Shown: positions 1-8,284 of the stretch, in pieces
Layout of the letters: the number at the start of each line of letters is the position of its first letter
Numbering within the stretch: the stretch's first letter is position 1
Virus record (IMG/VR): IMGVR_UViG_3300017989_000096
DNA length: 20,000 bases
Reading direction: 5' to 3' (one strand)
DNA from: an uncultured virus (IMG/VR IMGVR_UViG_3300017989_000096)
Lineage: Duplodnaviria > Heunggongvirae > Uroviricota > Caudoviricetes
The notes under the pieces: model-generated
Seen by the model: the letters and a program-made list of their open reading frames with translations, nothing else
The model's database searches: none
What the model was told of the DNA's origin: nothing
Program-made: the position numbers and the translations under genes

Positions 1-189
1 CCACACAAAAAGAATCAGTGTCCTTGTGGTTCAGGAAAAGAGTCATGGTGGGAAAACGATGCACAAGGCATTCCTCTTGAGCGTGTGTGTCCTGATTGCA
101 AAGAACAGAAACTGAGCAAATATCGATCTATTATTCTTACGGGTTACACGCAAGCTGATGTGGATGAGCCTATTGAACCGGAGGAGTAA
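1..189 (+). CDS. 3' end of a small Cys-rich, putative Zn-binding protein (5'-truncated; not in ORF track)
   Basis: Frame 1 is open from base 1 to TAA at 187-189: PHKKNQCPCGSGKESWWENDAQGIPLERVCPDCKEQKLSKYRSIILTGYTQADVDEPIEPEE. It has CPCGSGK plus CxxC, and its end GAGGAG serves as the SD of the next gene. Confidence 0.75.
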   Translation, partial: PHKKNQCPCGSGKESWWENDAQGIPLERVCPDCKEQKLSKYRSIILTGYTQADVDEPIEPEE

Positions 190-190
190 G

Positions 191-346
191 ATGGAAATTT
201 TTTGTTCTGAGTGCAACATTTGGCTTAAGGAAGAGAAGCTTGTTTCTTATGTTGAGGGAAGCAAGCATTTGCACTGCCCACATTGCGGAACCCTTTTGGC
301 AAGACATGATGTTGGCTTAGAGGAAAAAGAAAAAGGAGGTAACTGA
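191..346 (+). CDS. small zinc-ribbon protein
   Basis: SD GAGGAG 181-186 then ATG 191; CSEC...CPHC; TGATG overlap with the next gene. Confidence 0.7.
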   Translation: MEIFCSECNIWLKEEKLVSYVEGSKHLHCPHCGTLLARHDVGLEEKEKGGN

Positions 347-756
347 TGTATTACGATGGTTGGTATTTGGAGTATCTGGTTGGGCAGGTAATACGAGCCA
401 ACCCAAGGATGTCGGCGAAGCAAGTGGTTCACAAGGCGGCTGCCATACAAAAGGAGTTGCAGAGCCACTCCAAACGAGAATCTCTTTTGCGGGAAAAAAA
501 GAGAGCCAAGATGGATGCCGATGAGAAGAAATTGCTGGAACAGGACAAGCAGTTAGTTTGTCTGAGAAAGAAAATGGATGCGGCCAGCAAAAAACTGACA
601 GAGCTAAACCACACCCGACCTACCAAGAAAAACCAAGAGATGCTGGGGAAGAAACGTGAAGCCGCACGTGGTGTGCTTTTAGATTTGAAATCACAGCTTT
701 CAAAAAGGGAGCACGAAATTCGGCGTGTGGTTCAAAAGAAATACAACGAATCGTAA
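346..756 (+). CDS. hypothetical basic coiled-coil protein
   Basis: 136 aa, SD AGGAGG upstream, K/E/R/L-rich helical composition. Confidence 0.75.
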   Translation: MYYDGWYLEYLVGQVIRANPRMSAKQVVHKAAAIQKELQSHSKRESLLREKKRAKMDADEKKLLEQDKQLVCLRKKMDAASKKLTELNHTRPTKKNQEMLGKKREAARGVLLDLKSQLSKREHEIRRVVQKKYNES

Positions 757-779
757 TCAAAGATTGTTCAGAGGAAGAA

Positions 780-1073
780 ATGAATCGTTGCCTTAGTTGC
801 ATGAAATTCAACAGCTGTTCTAACAGAGTATCGGACAAGGATGTCGATGTTCAGTGCTCTGCTTTCAAAGAGTGGTCGAAAACACGTTTGGTGATGCGTT
901 GTGTTAACAACATGGGCTTGGAAGAACATTTCGATATTGGACTCGGGTATGATTTCGATGAGAAATCTTTGCTGCCAAATCTTGGTGAGCCTGAGTTGGT
1001 TGTTGTGTACGACAAGTTTGGTCAGCCGAAGGAGTGCTTTTCTGATCGTTTCGAATTGGATGAGGAGGAGTAA
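780..1073 (+). CDS. hypothetical protein with N-terminal Cys cluster
   Basis: 97 aa, SD GAGGA; CLSC-x5-C...C at the N-terminus; fits the gene spacing. Confidence 0.65.
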   Translation: MNRCLSCMKFNSCSNRVSDKDVDVQCSAFKEWSKTRLVMRCVNNMGLEEHFDIGLGYDFDEKSLLPNLGEPELVVVYDKFGQPKECFSDRFELDEEE

Positions 1074-1074
1074 A

Positions 1075-1521
1075 ATGTCTGATGATTGCGAATGTGACAT
1101 TTGTTCGGGTAAGGAATCGTTGGGTGATGCAAAAGCATGGGAAATGGAATGTTTGAAAAAACATGGTTGGTATTCTCACATCATACAAAGCGGTGACTCG
1201 ACTACGCCAACAAGGTATAATTATCACACTCATGGTTTGCCGGAAGGAAAAGATTTGCAGATTGTCATGCCTTTGCCTCCCGACGATGCTCATACGATTG
1301 CTGCGACAATTGCTAACAGAATCAAGGCAGGTGAGGATATTCAACATGGCTCTGTGTTGGATGAAGTGATTTGTAATTTTCAAGTAAGGTTGGTCGAAGC
1401 GGAAGACAATGGCAGAAGAGTTTTACGTATCATTTTCCCTGACCAACAAGGCAAAATTATGCCATGGGATATGGCAGAACCATACTTGCAGCAATATGTC
1501 GGAACAAAAAAGGAGGGTTAA
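1075..1521 (+). CDS. DUF4262-like protein
   Basis: SD GAGGAG then ATG 1075 (MSDDCECDIC). The HGWYSHII...YNYHTHGL...DLQIV pattern resembles DUF4262 proteins. Confidence 0.6.
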   Translation: MSDDCECDICSGKESLGDAKAWEMECLKKHGWYSHIIQSGDSTTPTRYNYHTHGLPEGKDLQIVMPLPPDDAHTIAATIANRIKAGEDIQHGSVLDEVICNFQVRLVEAEDNGRRVLRIIFPDQQGKIMPWDMAEPYLQQYVGTKKEG

Positions 1522-1524
1522 CTC

Positions 1525-2034
1525 GTGCGTCAAGTGAAATGGCAAGATGATTCAGGCAATTGGCATTTCGGTATTGTCACAGGCGAAAAGCATGACGGAA
1601 TCAAAGCAGCTAAAGGCAACGTCTTTGTTGAGCATGCGATCCTGCCAGAGCTCTACGAAATCGAAGCGAACAAACTCACAGAGATTCCTTATGGAGATTA
1701 TCCTGTCAAGGATTTTCGCACAGGAGAGATTACCGAAGGTGGAACTGAATTTGATCATTATGTAAATCGTTGCTGGCTCGAAGCTCGCAAACTTTCCAAA
1801 ACTGTTGGAAGTGGGTTGAAGAAAAACAAATTGTTCTACCTTCCAGTTGCTGACGGTAGGGCTTGGTATATTGTAACGAAAGTCAATCCGAAGACTTGCG
1901 ATGTAGAATGGAGGGGGTTTGGTCCTGATCGTTGGCTTGATCGAGTGCTGGGGTGGGGTGGACGTTTTGAAAGATCACGAATTGAACCCATTGTAGAGGG
2001 GGTGGATACATTAGAGAAAATATTTTCAAAGTAA
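1525..2034 (+). CDS. hypothetical phage protein
   Basis: 169 aa, GTG start after GGAGGG; beta-rich motif VADGRAWYIVTKV. Confidence 0.75.
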   Translation: MRQVKWQDDSGNWHFGIVTGEKHDGIKAAKGNVFVEHAILPELYEIEANKLTEIPYGDYPVKDFRTGEITEGGTEFDHYVNRCWLEARKLSKTVGSGLKKNKLFYLPVADGRAWYIVTKVNPKTCDVEWRGFGPDRWLDRVLGWGGRFERSRIEPIVEGVDTLEKIFSK

Positions 2035-2112
2035 AATTGAAAAACACGTTAATTACGTCGAGCAGAACGATATAACAACTCGTGAAGACAAACTGTTGTT
2101 GAGGAGATAGCG

Positions 2113-3420
2113 ATGTCAAAGAAAAAAGACAAGAAGTTGAATGAGTACGAAAGAGGATATGCAGGATGTTATGGTGACCAAGTCAAAATTGATCAGGTCA
2201 CGCAGTTTTTGCTTACAAATTTCAGCCTGAATGATCTCAACGAACAAGCAAACAAGCCTCGATTTGCTCAGTGCATTTGGGGACATCCAGGAATTGGCAA
2301 GACTGCTTGCGTCAAGGATTTGAGAGGACAGCCAGTTACATGGCGAGGCAAGCAGTTTGATGGTTGGGATGTGAGGGATGTTCCAATTGCTCAGTGCGAG
2401 GAGATGGGAGATTTGCACGGCATTCCAATGGATTGCCTCCTGATGTACAAAGTGGAGGGCAAAGGGCCAAATTCAAAGCGTACTGATCGGTGGGTGCCTC
2501 AGAAAGAACAGACGATTATCGCGTTCAGAGAAGATGGATGGGTGATCGATTCTGATGTTACTCCACGCACAGTAATGGCTCCACCAGATTGGGTGCCTCT
2601 TGAACCAGGTCCGGCTATTCTTTTGCTGGATGACTGGAACAGATCGTCATTGCGTATCATCAAAGGCATTATGCAGCTTTTGCAGAACTACGGAATGATT
2701 AGCTGGAGATTGCCTCCGGGATGCAATATCGTTCTGACTGGAAATCCTGATGAACAAAGCTATCTCGTTACGACAATCGATCCTGCTATTCTGACTCGTA
2801 TCAAGCACATTACTCTCAAAGAAGATTCAAAACTGTGGGCGGAATGGGCAACAAGTCAGAAGCTTGATGCAAGAGGAATTTCATTCTTGCTGTACGATCC
2901 AGAAATGATGTGTGGTAAAGAGCTTACTAACCCTCGAACGTTGTCAGAGTTCTTTCAATATCTGACACTGGTGGACGATTTGCAAGATGTGGATGGAAAC
3001 ATTCGTAAGGACGTTGCGACGCACGCACGTAGTCTGTTGGATGAAGAGACAATCAATGCGTTTTTCATTTTCTGCACTCGTGAAATGGAGGACGTAATTG
3101 AGCCGCTGGATATCCTTGATGGAAAGAAAGGATACAAAAAGCGTATTGAGAAGCTGATGAATCGCAAGGAACCACGAACGGATATTCTTGGTGTTACCTG
3201 TGAACGGCTGTTTGCAACAATGGTAATGGAGGAGACAGATCAAACTCAGCAAAGGATCAGAAATTTCCAAGAGTTCATTGTCAGCAAAGAAATTCCGGAA
3301 GACATTCGACATGCAATTTGCCGCAGGTTGGCACGCAGGCCAGAACATGATGGTAGGAACCAAAAGTGGTTGCTTGGAAGTGACCAACTGCGTGATTTGA
3401 TTTTGGATACGCTGAGATGA
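2113..3420 (+). CDS. AAA+ ATPase (MoxR/AAA_5-like)
   Basis: Walker A GHPGIGKT, Walker B ILLLDDWNR, sensor-1 IVLTGNP, arginine-finger region DPAILTR, sensor-2-like NPRT; SD GAGGAG. Confidence 0.88.
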   Translation: MSKKKDKKLNEYERGYAGCYGDQVKIDQVTQFLLTNFSLNDLNEQANKPRFAQCIWGHPGIGKTACVKDLRGQPVTWRGKQFDGWDVRDVPIAQCEEMGDLHGIPMDCLLMYKVEGKGPNSKRTDRWVPQKEQTIIAFREDGWVIDSDVTPRTVMAPPDWVPLEPGPAILLLDDWNRSSLRIIKGIMQLLQNYGMISWRLPPGCNIVLTGNPDEQSYLVTTIDPAILTRIKHITLKEDSKLWAEWATSQKLDARGISFLLYDPEMMCGKELTNPRTLSEFFQYLTLVDDLQDVDGNIRKDVATHARSLLDEETINAFFIFCTREMEDVIEPLDILDGKKGYKKRIEKLMNRKEPRTDILGVTCERLFATMVMEETDQTQQRIRNFQEFIVSKEIPEDIRHAICRRLARRPEHDGRNQKWLLGSDQLRDLILDTLR

Positions 3421-3620
3421 GTGAACCAAAGCGTTATCGATGGGTCATTGAGTTTTTGCATTGTACGCAAGTCGAATCTGATTCAAATGACGCTGCTGAA
3501 GTCTCTGAGGAAGCCTACCAAGATTTTCTTGACCAATTAAAGAGCGGATCATTTCCGGAGTTTGGAATTCATCCGATTGAATGTGAAGATCAAGAAACCA
3601 AAGAAACTCATTGCTATTAA
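3417..3620 (+). CDS. small acidic hypothetical protein
   Basis: ATGA overlap with the ATPase stop; 67 aa. Confidence 0.6.
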   Translation: MSEPKRYRWVIEFLHCTQVESDSNDAAEVSEEAYQDFLDQLKSGSFPEFGIHPIECEDQETKETHCY

Positions 3621-3674
3621 AGCGAGTGAAAGCGTTCTTATACGTGGTAAAACGAGGGTTATTAGGAGGATAAA

Positions 3675-4178
3675 ATGGCTAAGAAAGTTCGGACTGCGTC
3701 AGTAGATGCTTCTGTTGCGAAGTTAATTGATGATGGAGCAAAGAAAGATCAAGAACTCAAGAATATTGAGGTAGAGTTAGCTGGTATCAGAGCGACAGTA
3801 ACTCGGACTGCAAATGAGAAGTTTGAAGAGGGAGAAACCAGTTTGCGTTTGGAAGGAAATGTTGCTAATGCCCTTGCAACTCGCAAAACAAGTTTCAGTT
3901 TGGAGTTTGATGGCGATGCAGATGAGAAGGCTTTTGAAGAGGCTTTTGCTGAAGGCACTTTTGATAGTGCAGTAAGGGCTTCTATTGCTGTCAATGTAAC
4001 TCCTGAGCGTTTATCTGAGTTAAAGGATTTGTTGGATAAAGCAAGGTTTTCTTTTAGTCAGTCGTGGAAACTGGATAGTAAAGGATACAAAAGTTTCAAA
4101 GAACCGGGAGGAAATAAAAGAGCATTGGGAGATAATGTGAAGATGAAAGACTCGGTTACAGTAAAGTTTGAGGTTTGA
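3675..4178 (+). CDS. hypothetical protein
   Basis: Strong SD AGGAGG; 167 aa. Confidence 0.8.
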   Translation: MAKKVRTASVDASVAKLIDDGAKKDQELKNIEVELAGIRATVTRTANEKFEEGETSLRLEGNVANALATRKTSFSLEFDGDADEKAFEEAFAEGTFDSAVRASIAVNVTPERLSELKDLLDKARFSFSQSWKLDSKGYKSFKEPGGNKRALGDNVKMKDSVTVKFEV

Positions 4179-4179
4179 A

Positions 4180-4491
4180 ATGGCAAAAAAGAAACACATT
4201 TGGGGAGCTTACCAAATTGATATATGGGTTGAAGAGGCCACACTTCGCATGACAAAACTTTGTGAGTGCTGTGGAAAACTTCCTCAGAAAAAACGTGTAA
4301 TCATTCAACAAATGAGTCGCCACTTTCCTAAACGATATACTTATTGCTCAGTGTGTATGTCAAAAACGATAAAGGAAATTTTGTTGGACTTATTGGAAAA
4401 AGCGGTAAAGGAGAATTGGGATGTGGTGCGACGAGAAAGAAGAGATCAAAAAAAGACTCACAAGCCTCGAAGACTTGCACAAACTTGTTAA
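4180..4491 (+). CDS. hypothetical basic Zn-finger-like protein
   Basis: ATG 4180 directly after the previous stop; CECC...CSVC. It overlaps the next ORF by about 70 nt. Confidence 0.55.
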   Translation: MAKKKHIWGAYQIDIWVEEATLRMTKLCECCGKLPQKKRVIIQQMSRHFPKRYTYCSVCMSKTIKEILLDLLEKAVKENWDVVRRERRDQKKTHKPRRLAQTC

Positions 4492-5395
4492 GGCACGCCG
4501 AGAGAATCCTTCCTCAAGTGAATTTGTTGTGTTAGGTTTATGGAGGTTGGACAAGCATGGTCAAGTGTCGCAAGTGAAGAAGCGTATTCTTGTCCCACCA
4601 GTATGTACAGTAGAAGAGTATAGCATGCTTGCGGAAGCATCTGGCGAATCGGATGCTCACTGGTGGAGCATGAGTCCTCATATTCCGCACCCTGATATTC
4701 CCTGTGCATTTTGTGGTAGAAAATGGACACTTGATGACTGCTGGGATTTTTTGGTAATGGATGAACCCGAAAAAATCTCACTTGCTGCTTTTTGGGGTGA
4801 GAGTTTTAAGGCAGCCAAACAGCATTATGCTGCCAAGCGAGATGCAATTTATCAAGTTATGCAGGAAATTCGAAATGACAAGCATATTGATTTGACATTG
4901 AAAAACCCGCACTCTGAAAAAGAGTGGGAAAGAAAAGAGGTTAGAAACAAACTCGGTTGGATTGAAAAAGTAGATGATAGCCGGGTTATTGAAGAAGGAG
5001 ATGAAGCAGGAGCTTTTGTGATTCGATTCTATCATAGGAAGTGTTACAAACTTATGCATGAGCATGATGTACGTGCAGATTTCACCAGGGTGTTCAAGAA
5101 GGCTGGTTTTGAATATTTCTTGATTCAAGCCATTCCAAGCGGGTATTGCGATTGCGATTATTGTGCTCCGTGGTTTGAATTTCAGACGGAACTTGGCAAA
5201 TTTACGATTGGCTGGAGAAAGCGTGTTGTTAGTATTAACTTGGATGTTGGTTTGAATTTGGCTGAGTTGTTTGCTGATGAGAATGTTACCAAAGATGAGA
5301 CATGCATTCATGCTTGGGGATACGAGAAGGTTTTGGAGTATCTGACAAAGATTCGTCAAGCATTGCTCTGTGTAGGGGTGCAAAATGCTGGATAG
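4421..5395 (+). CDS. hypothetical protein, probably metal-binding
   Basis: 324 aa, SD AAGGAG; CAFC...HRKC and GYCDCDYCAPWF...IGWRKRV...VTK...IHAWG motifs. Confidence 0.8.
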   Translation: MWCDEKEEIKKRLTSLEDLHKLVKARRENPSSSEFVVLGLWRLDKHGQVSQVKKRILVPPVCTVEEYSMLAEASGESDAHWWSMSPHIPHPDIPCAFCGRKWTLDDCWDFLVMDEPEKISLAAFWGESFKAAKQHYAAKRDAIYQVMQEIRNDKHIDLTLKNPHSEKEWERKEVRNKLGWIEKVDDSRVIEEGDEAGAFVIRFYHRKCYKLMHEHDVRADFTRVFKKAGFEYFLIQAIPSGYCDCDYCAPWFEFQTELGKFTIGWRKRVVSINLDVGLNLAELFADENVTKDETCIHAWGYEKVLEYLTKIRQALLCVGVQNAG

Positions 5396-5624
5396 GAGCA
5401 TTTGTAAAAAATGCAAGCTTAGAAAGCTAAGAGACAAAGGGCGGTACGGCGATGGAAGAATGACCAACTTTGGGCATGAATGGAAATATGGGAATTTTGT
5501 CGATTGTCCAGTAGGTGTTAAAAACTGGACATCGGATATGACATTGTGGGAGGGAAGTGGTTATTTAGATTGGCGGTTTGATGACCCACCCATAACTTTA
5601 GAGCATTTGATGGAATATGCTTAG
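5385..5624 (+). CDS. Cys-module family protein, copy 1 (degenerate C-terminal motif)
   Basis: MLDRSICKKC...VDCP...DDPPITLEHLME; lacks the CP[YF] seen in the other copies. Confidence 0.75.
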   Translation: MLDRSICKKCKLRKLRDKGRYGDGRMTNFGHEWKYGNFVDCPVGVKNWTSDMTLWEGSGYLDWRFDDPPITLEHLMEYA

Positions 5625-5889
5625 CAAACGAATCTGCAAAAAATGTAGCTATTACAAGGTTTTGAGAGACGCGGATAGGCAGCGGTACATTGCCTTGACA
5701 CGAGTAGTTTTGCCTTTTGCACCAAGGAGTATCAATTTGGAAGCTGAAGTCAAAAGAATGTGGTGGTGCGGTTTGAACCCTCTAACTGGACCGAGAGATT
5801 TCATTCTTTCGTGTGTTGTAAGAGGCAGTGAAGTTCCGGAAAACTGTCCATTCGTTACTGAGCACGTGTTAGAAACACAAGAGTGTTGA
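5617..5889 (+). CDS. Cys-module family protein, copy 2
   Basis: MLSKRICKKC...WWC...VPENCPFVTEHVLETQ. Confidence 0.8.
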   Translation: MLSKRICKKCSYYKVLRDADRQRYIALTRVVLPFAPRSINLEAEVKRMWWCGLNPLTGPRDFILSCVVRGSEVPENCPFVTEHVLETQEC

Positions 5890-6095
5890 GTAAAAAAATT
5901 TGTCAACAATGCTGGGGTCATCGAGGGTGGGAATGGTTCCATCTTTGGACGGATGAATGGAATTGCATCAAAGATGGTCGGAAACCTTATGCCTATTACA
6001 GTAAACTTTTGTTACGAAAAGACGCTCCAATTCCTGCTCATTGCCCATACTACCTCGAACACCTGTTGGAAACCCAAGGAAGTGTTGATGCTTGA
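5883..6095 (+). CDS. Cys-module family protein, copy 3
   Basis: GTG start; MLSKKICQQC...WNC...IPAHCPYYLEHLLETQ. Confidence 0.8.
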   Translation: MLSKKICQQCWGHRGWEWFHLWTDEWNCIKDGRKPYAYYSKLLLRKDAPIPAHCPYYLEHLLETQGSVDA

Positions 6096-6294
6096 CAAGC
6101 GTATTTGCAAAGCTTGCTGCCAGAAATCTGTGGCAAATTGGAATCGGTGTGACGAGATAGATTGGGAAAAAGGAGCAATATGTTGTTCGGCAGGGACTAT
6201 TGCTTTTACTGACAAAAGACCTCCTCGTGGTTGTCCTTATGAGCTTGAACATTTGATCGCGCTTCAAAATGGAATTGAGCAAGGCAGTTTGTAA
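6088..6294 (+). CDS. Cys-module family protein, copy 4
   Basis: ATG 6088 after AAGGAAG; MLDKRICKAC...ICC...PPRGCPYELEHLI. The start is internal to the 5953 ORF of the track. Confidence 0.8.
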   Translation: MLDKRICKACCQKSVANWNRCDEIDWEKGAICCSAGTIAFTDKRPPRGCPYELEHLIALQNGIEQGSL

Positions 6295-6643
6295 ACGTTG
6301 CAGACTATACCATAATGAATGGTGGGATGATCATGCATGGCGTGATGCTGAACGAATTGTTTGTCCTCCCCGATTATCTCCTGAACAACGACATTGTAAC
6401 AACATTCACAAACCTCCGCCAGATTTTTGCCCTTATTTCTTGGAACATTTGCTTGTTAATGGTTTTTCGAAATTCAAGTTCAAAAACTATTTGCTTGTGA
6501 GGATTCATAGAGGTGATGAACATGGGCATCGTCATTGCTTGATGGGTGGCACTATGGAAGGAAGGTGGTGTGGAAATCAGTTTCTTTTTAGGGATGGGTT
6601 TTTTACTGGTGATATACACAATTTCGATGTGATGGAAATTTGA
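6269..6643 (+). CDS. Cys-module family protein, copy 5, with C-terminal extension
   Basis: MELSKAVCKRC...IVCP...PPPDFCPYFLEHLL followed by about 60 extra residues. Confidence 0.78.
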   Translation: MELSKAVCKRCRLYHNEWWDDHAWRDAERIVCPPRLSPEQRHCNNIHKPPPDFCPYFLEHLLVNGFSKFKFKNYLLVRIHRGDEHGHRHCLMGGTMEGRWCGNQFLFRDGFFTGDIHNFDVMEI

Positions 6644-6644
6644 T

Positions 6645-7019
6645 ATGTTAATTGGCCTATTGAAGAAAGGCCATGTAGGACGAAGAGTGATTTATGCTCC
6701 CCGATTTGGAATTGTGGAGTTTGGTCGAATTTCTTCATGGAATAAGCATTTAATTTTTGTGCAATATGATGGCGAAATCCATACGAAAGCAACAAGTCCG
6801 GAAGATTTGACTATGCTTAGTAAGCACGTTTGCAGAAAGTGTTTTGACAGCAGGAAAAACAAAGAAGTCAGTCCCCCACTTTTGGATTTTGATAAGCTCT
6901 GGGATATGAATGCACAGTGCTGGTGTGTGATGTCGAATGTTCGAATAGATTCAAATCCTCCACAAAGCTGTCCATTCGTTTTAGAGCATTTGATGGAGAC
7001 ACAGAATGCCACATTCTAA
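6645..7019 (+). CDS. small beta-rich domain fused to Cys-module copy 6 (module starts at internal ATG 6813)
   Basis: N-terminal GRRVIY...GRISSWN...ATSPEDL, then in-frame MLSKHVCRKC...CWC...PPQSCPFVLEHLMETQ. Confidence 0.78.
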   Translation: MLIGLLKKGHVGRRVIYAPRFGIVEFGRISSWNKHLIFVQYDGEIHTKATSPEDLTMLSKHVCRKCFDSRKNKEVSPPLLDFDKLWDMNAQCWCVMSNVRIDSNPPQSCPFVLEHLMETQNATF

Positions 7020-7611
7020 AGCTGTTGCGTTTGATGTTGATGGAACGTTGGTGGATTCATTTGGTCCTCATGTGCAATTTTGTCACGATAGAGCTGAGCA
7101 TTATGGAATTGTTTTGCCTGAAAGAAGTCGGGAAGAAATCTTGGGAGCACCTATGGAGAAATTTCTTGAGAATGCAGGATTTCCTCTTGACATGATACCT
7201 CAGCTTATTGCCGATTATCGAGCTTTGTTTGTTAATTACGAGTGTCCTTTTTTCGAAGGGATGAAAGCTTTGCTGATGAAGCTTTATCGCAGAGCTGATC
7301 TGTGTATTGCTTCATCAAACCGGTTGGTTAACATAGTCAATGTACTTGGTGATGCTGTTGGGATGTTTAGCATAATACGAAGCAAAGATCATTTTGACAG
7401 CAAAAACAAACAATTACGTGATATTACGAGATTTTATGAAGATTGCATCATGGTTGGTGATGACATTTCTGATTATGAAGCTGCAAACAATGCGTATGTA
7501 GATTTTATTGGAGTGAGCTATGGGTGGGTAATCAAACCAGACGACAAAAGATTTCCCGTAGCTGATTCTGTTGAGGAATTGGAAGAGCTGATTTTTCAAA
7601 TGATTGAGTAG
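7006..7611 (+). CDS. HAD-superfamily hydrolase (phosphatase/nucleotidase-like)
   Basis: Motif I FDVDGTLVDS, motif II IASSN, motif III Lys, motif IV MVGDDISD. Confidence 0.9.
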   Translation: MPHSKAVAFDVDGTLVDSFGPHVQFCHDRAEHYGIVLPERSREEILGAPMEKFLENAGFPLDMIPQLIADYRALFVNYECPFFEGMKALLMKLYRRADLCIASSNRLVNIVNVLGDAVGMFSIIRSKDHFDSKNKQLRDITRFYEDCIMVGDDISDYEAANNAYVDFIGVSYGWVIKPDDKRFPVADSVEELEELIFQMIE

Positions 7612-7670
7612 CTGAAATACACTCCTTCGCTGTTATATAAACAACAAACAACTTTCGCAAGGAGATCAGC

Positions 7671-7991
7671 ATGACACATTTGACACACTTTAGAATGTCA
7701 CACTTAAAGCAGCACAGGCAAGAGATGTACATTCGTTCAACGAAGATGACCCAGGAGCAATTTGAGGTGGTCAGGAATATTTCTCAAGAGCCCACTTTCG
7801 ACTTTACTTGTATGGGTCCTATATTCTTCAAGGACGATAAGCGTAAAAAGGGATACAAAGGACCTTTCGTCTTTATTTACTACACGAAAGATGACACGTT
7901 GCATCGAGTTCGGATTGGCAAGACAGGAAAGATTTTGCGACACATCTCTGTTGGAAAAAAAGGTGTTGTTGAAGTGCAAAGGACACGTTAA
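7671..7991 (+). CDS. hypothetical basic protein
   Basis: SD AAGGAG before ATG 7671; 106 aa. Confidence 0.65.
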   Translation: MTHLTHFRMSHLKQHRQEMYIRSTKMTQEQFEVVRNISQEPTFDFTCMGPIFFKDDKRKKGYKGPFVFIYYTKDDTLHRVRIGKTGKILRHISVGKKGVVEVQRTR

Positions 7992-8005
7992 GAAAGGAAA
8001 GAACA

Positions 8006-8284
8006 ATGAAGGTATCAGAATCCGAGAAGCTGTTGAGACGTTTTGTGAGAAAGGCATTCACACTGAAGTACAGTCATGTCAGAGACCCAATTTCTGGAGC
8101 ATTTGTGGGTTATCATACATGCCTGTTTTGTGGCAAGAAGAAAGCTTTGCGTCAGAAAAACAAGCCAGCCAAACATCAGCATTACAAAGACTGCCCATAT
8201 GTTGCTGTTTGTAATTTGCTTGGTAGGAAAACGATTGGAACGGTTAGTCCTCGATGTATGCCTAAGAGAAAGAAGAAGAAATGA
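8006..8284 (+). CDS. hypothetical basic Zn-binding protein
   Basis: CLFC...HYKDCP; ATGA overlap with the next gene. Confidence 0.65.
   Translation: MKVSESEKLLRRFVRKAFTLKYSHVRDPISGAFVGYHTCLFCGKKKALRQKNKPAKHQHYKDCPYVAVCNLLGRKTIGTVSPRCMPKRKKKK

Noticed and set aside
19..39. SEC-C motif / SecA C-terminus (CPCGSGK)
   Set aside because: It lacks the following K[YF]KxC[CH] and continues instead into a different CxxC pattern.
4778..5467. Long minus-strand ORFs (4778-5467, 9914-10633, 904-1383, 2944-3429 and others)
   Set aside because: They are antisense shadows of well-supported plus-strand genes, with no recognisable motifs.
5385..7019. CRISPR array, DGR target repeats or integron cassettes
   Set aside because: Similarity is at the protein-motif level with degenerate codons. 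I saw no identical direct repeats, reverse transcriptase, integrase or attC-like intergenic sites, and the genes overlap.
7631..7640. Shared phage promoter motif TGTTATAWAA (also on the minus strand at 18773-18783)
   Set aside because: Only two AT-rich instances, and the second is too close to its SD to leave a usable leader.
8006..8284. Additional copy of the Cys module (ends in DCPY)
   Set aside because: The pattern is CxxC...HxxxCP with no LSKxIC start or LEHL end, so it is a different generic Zn motif.
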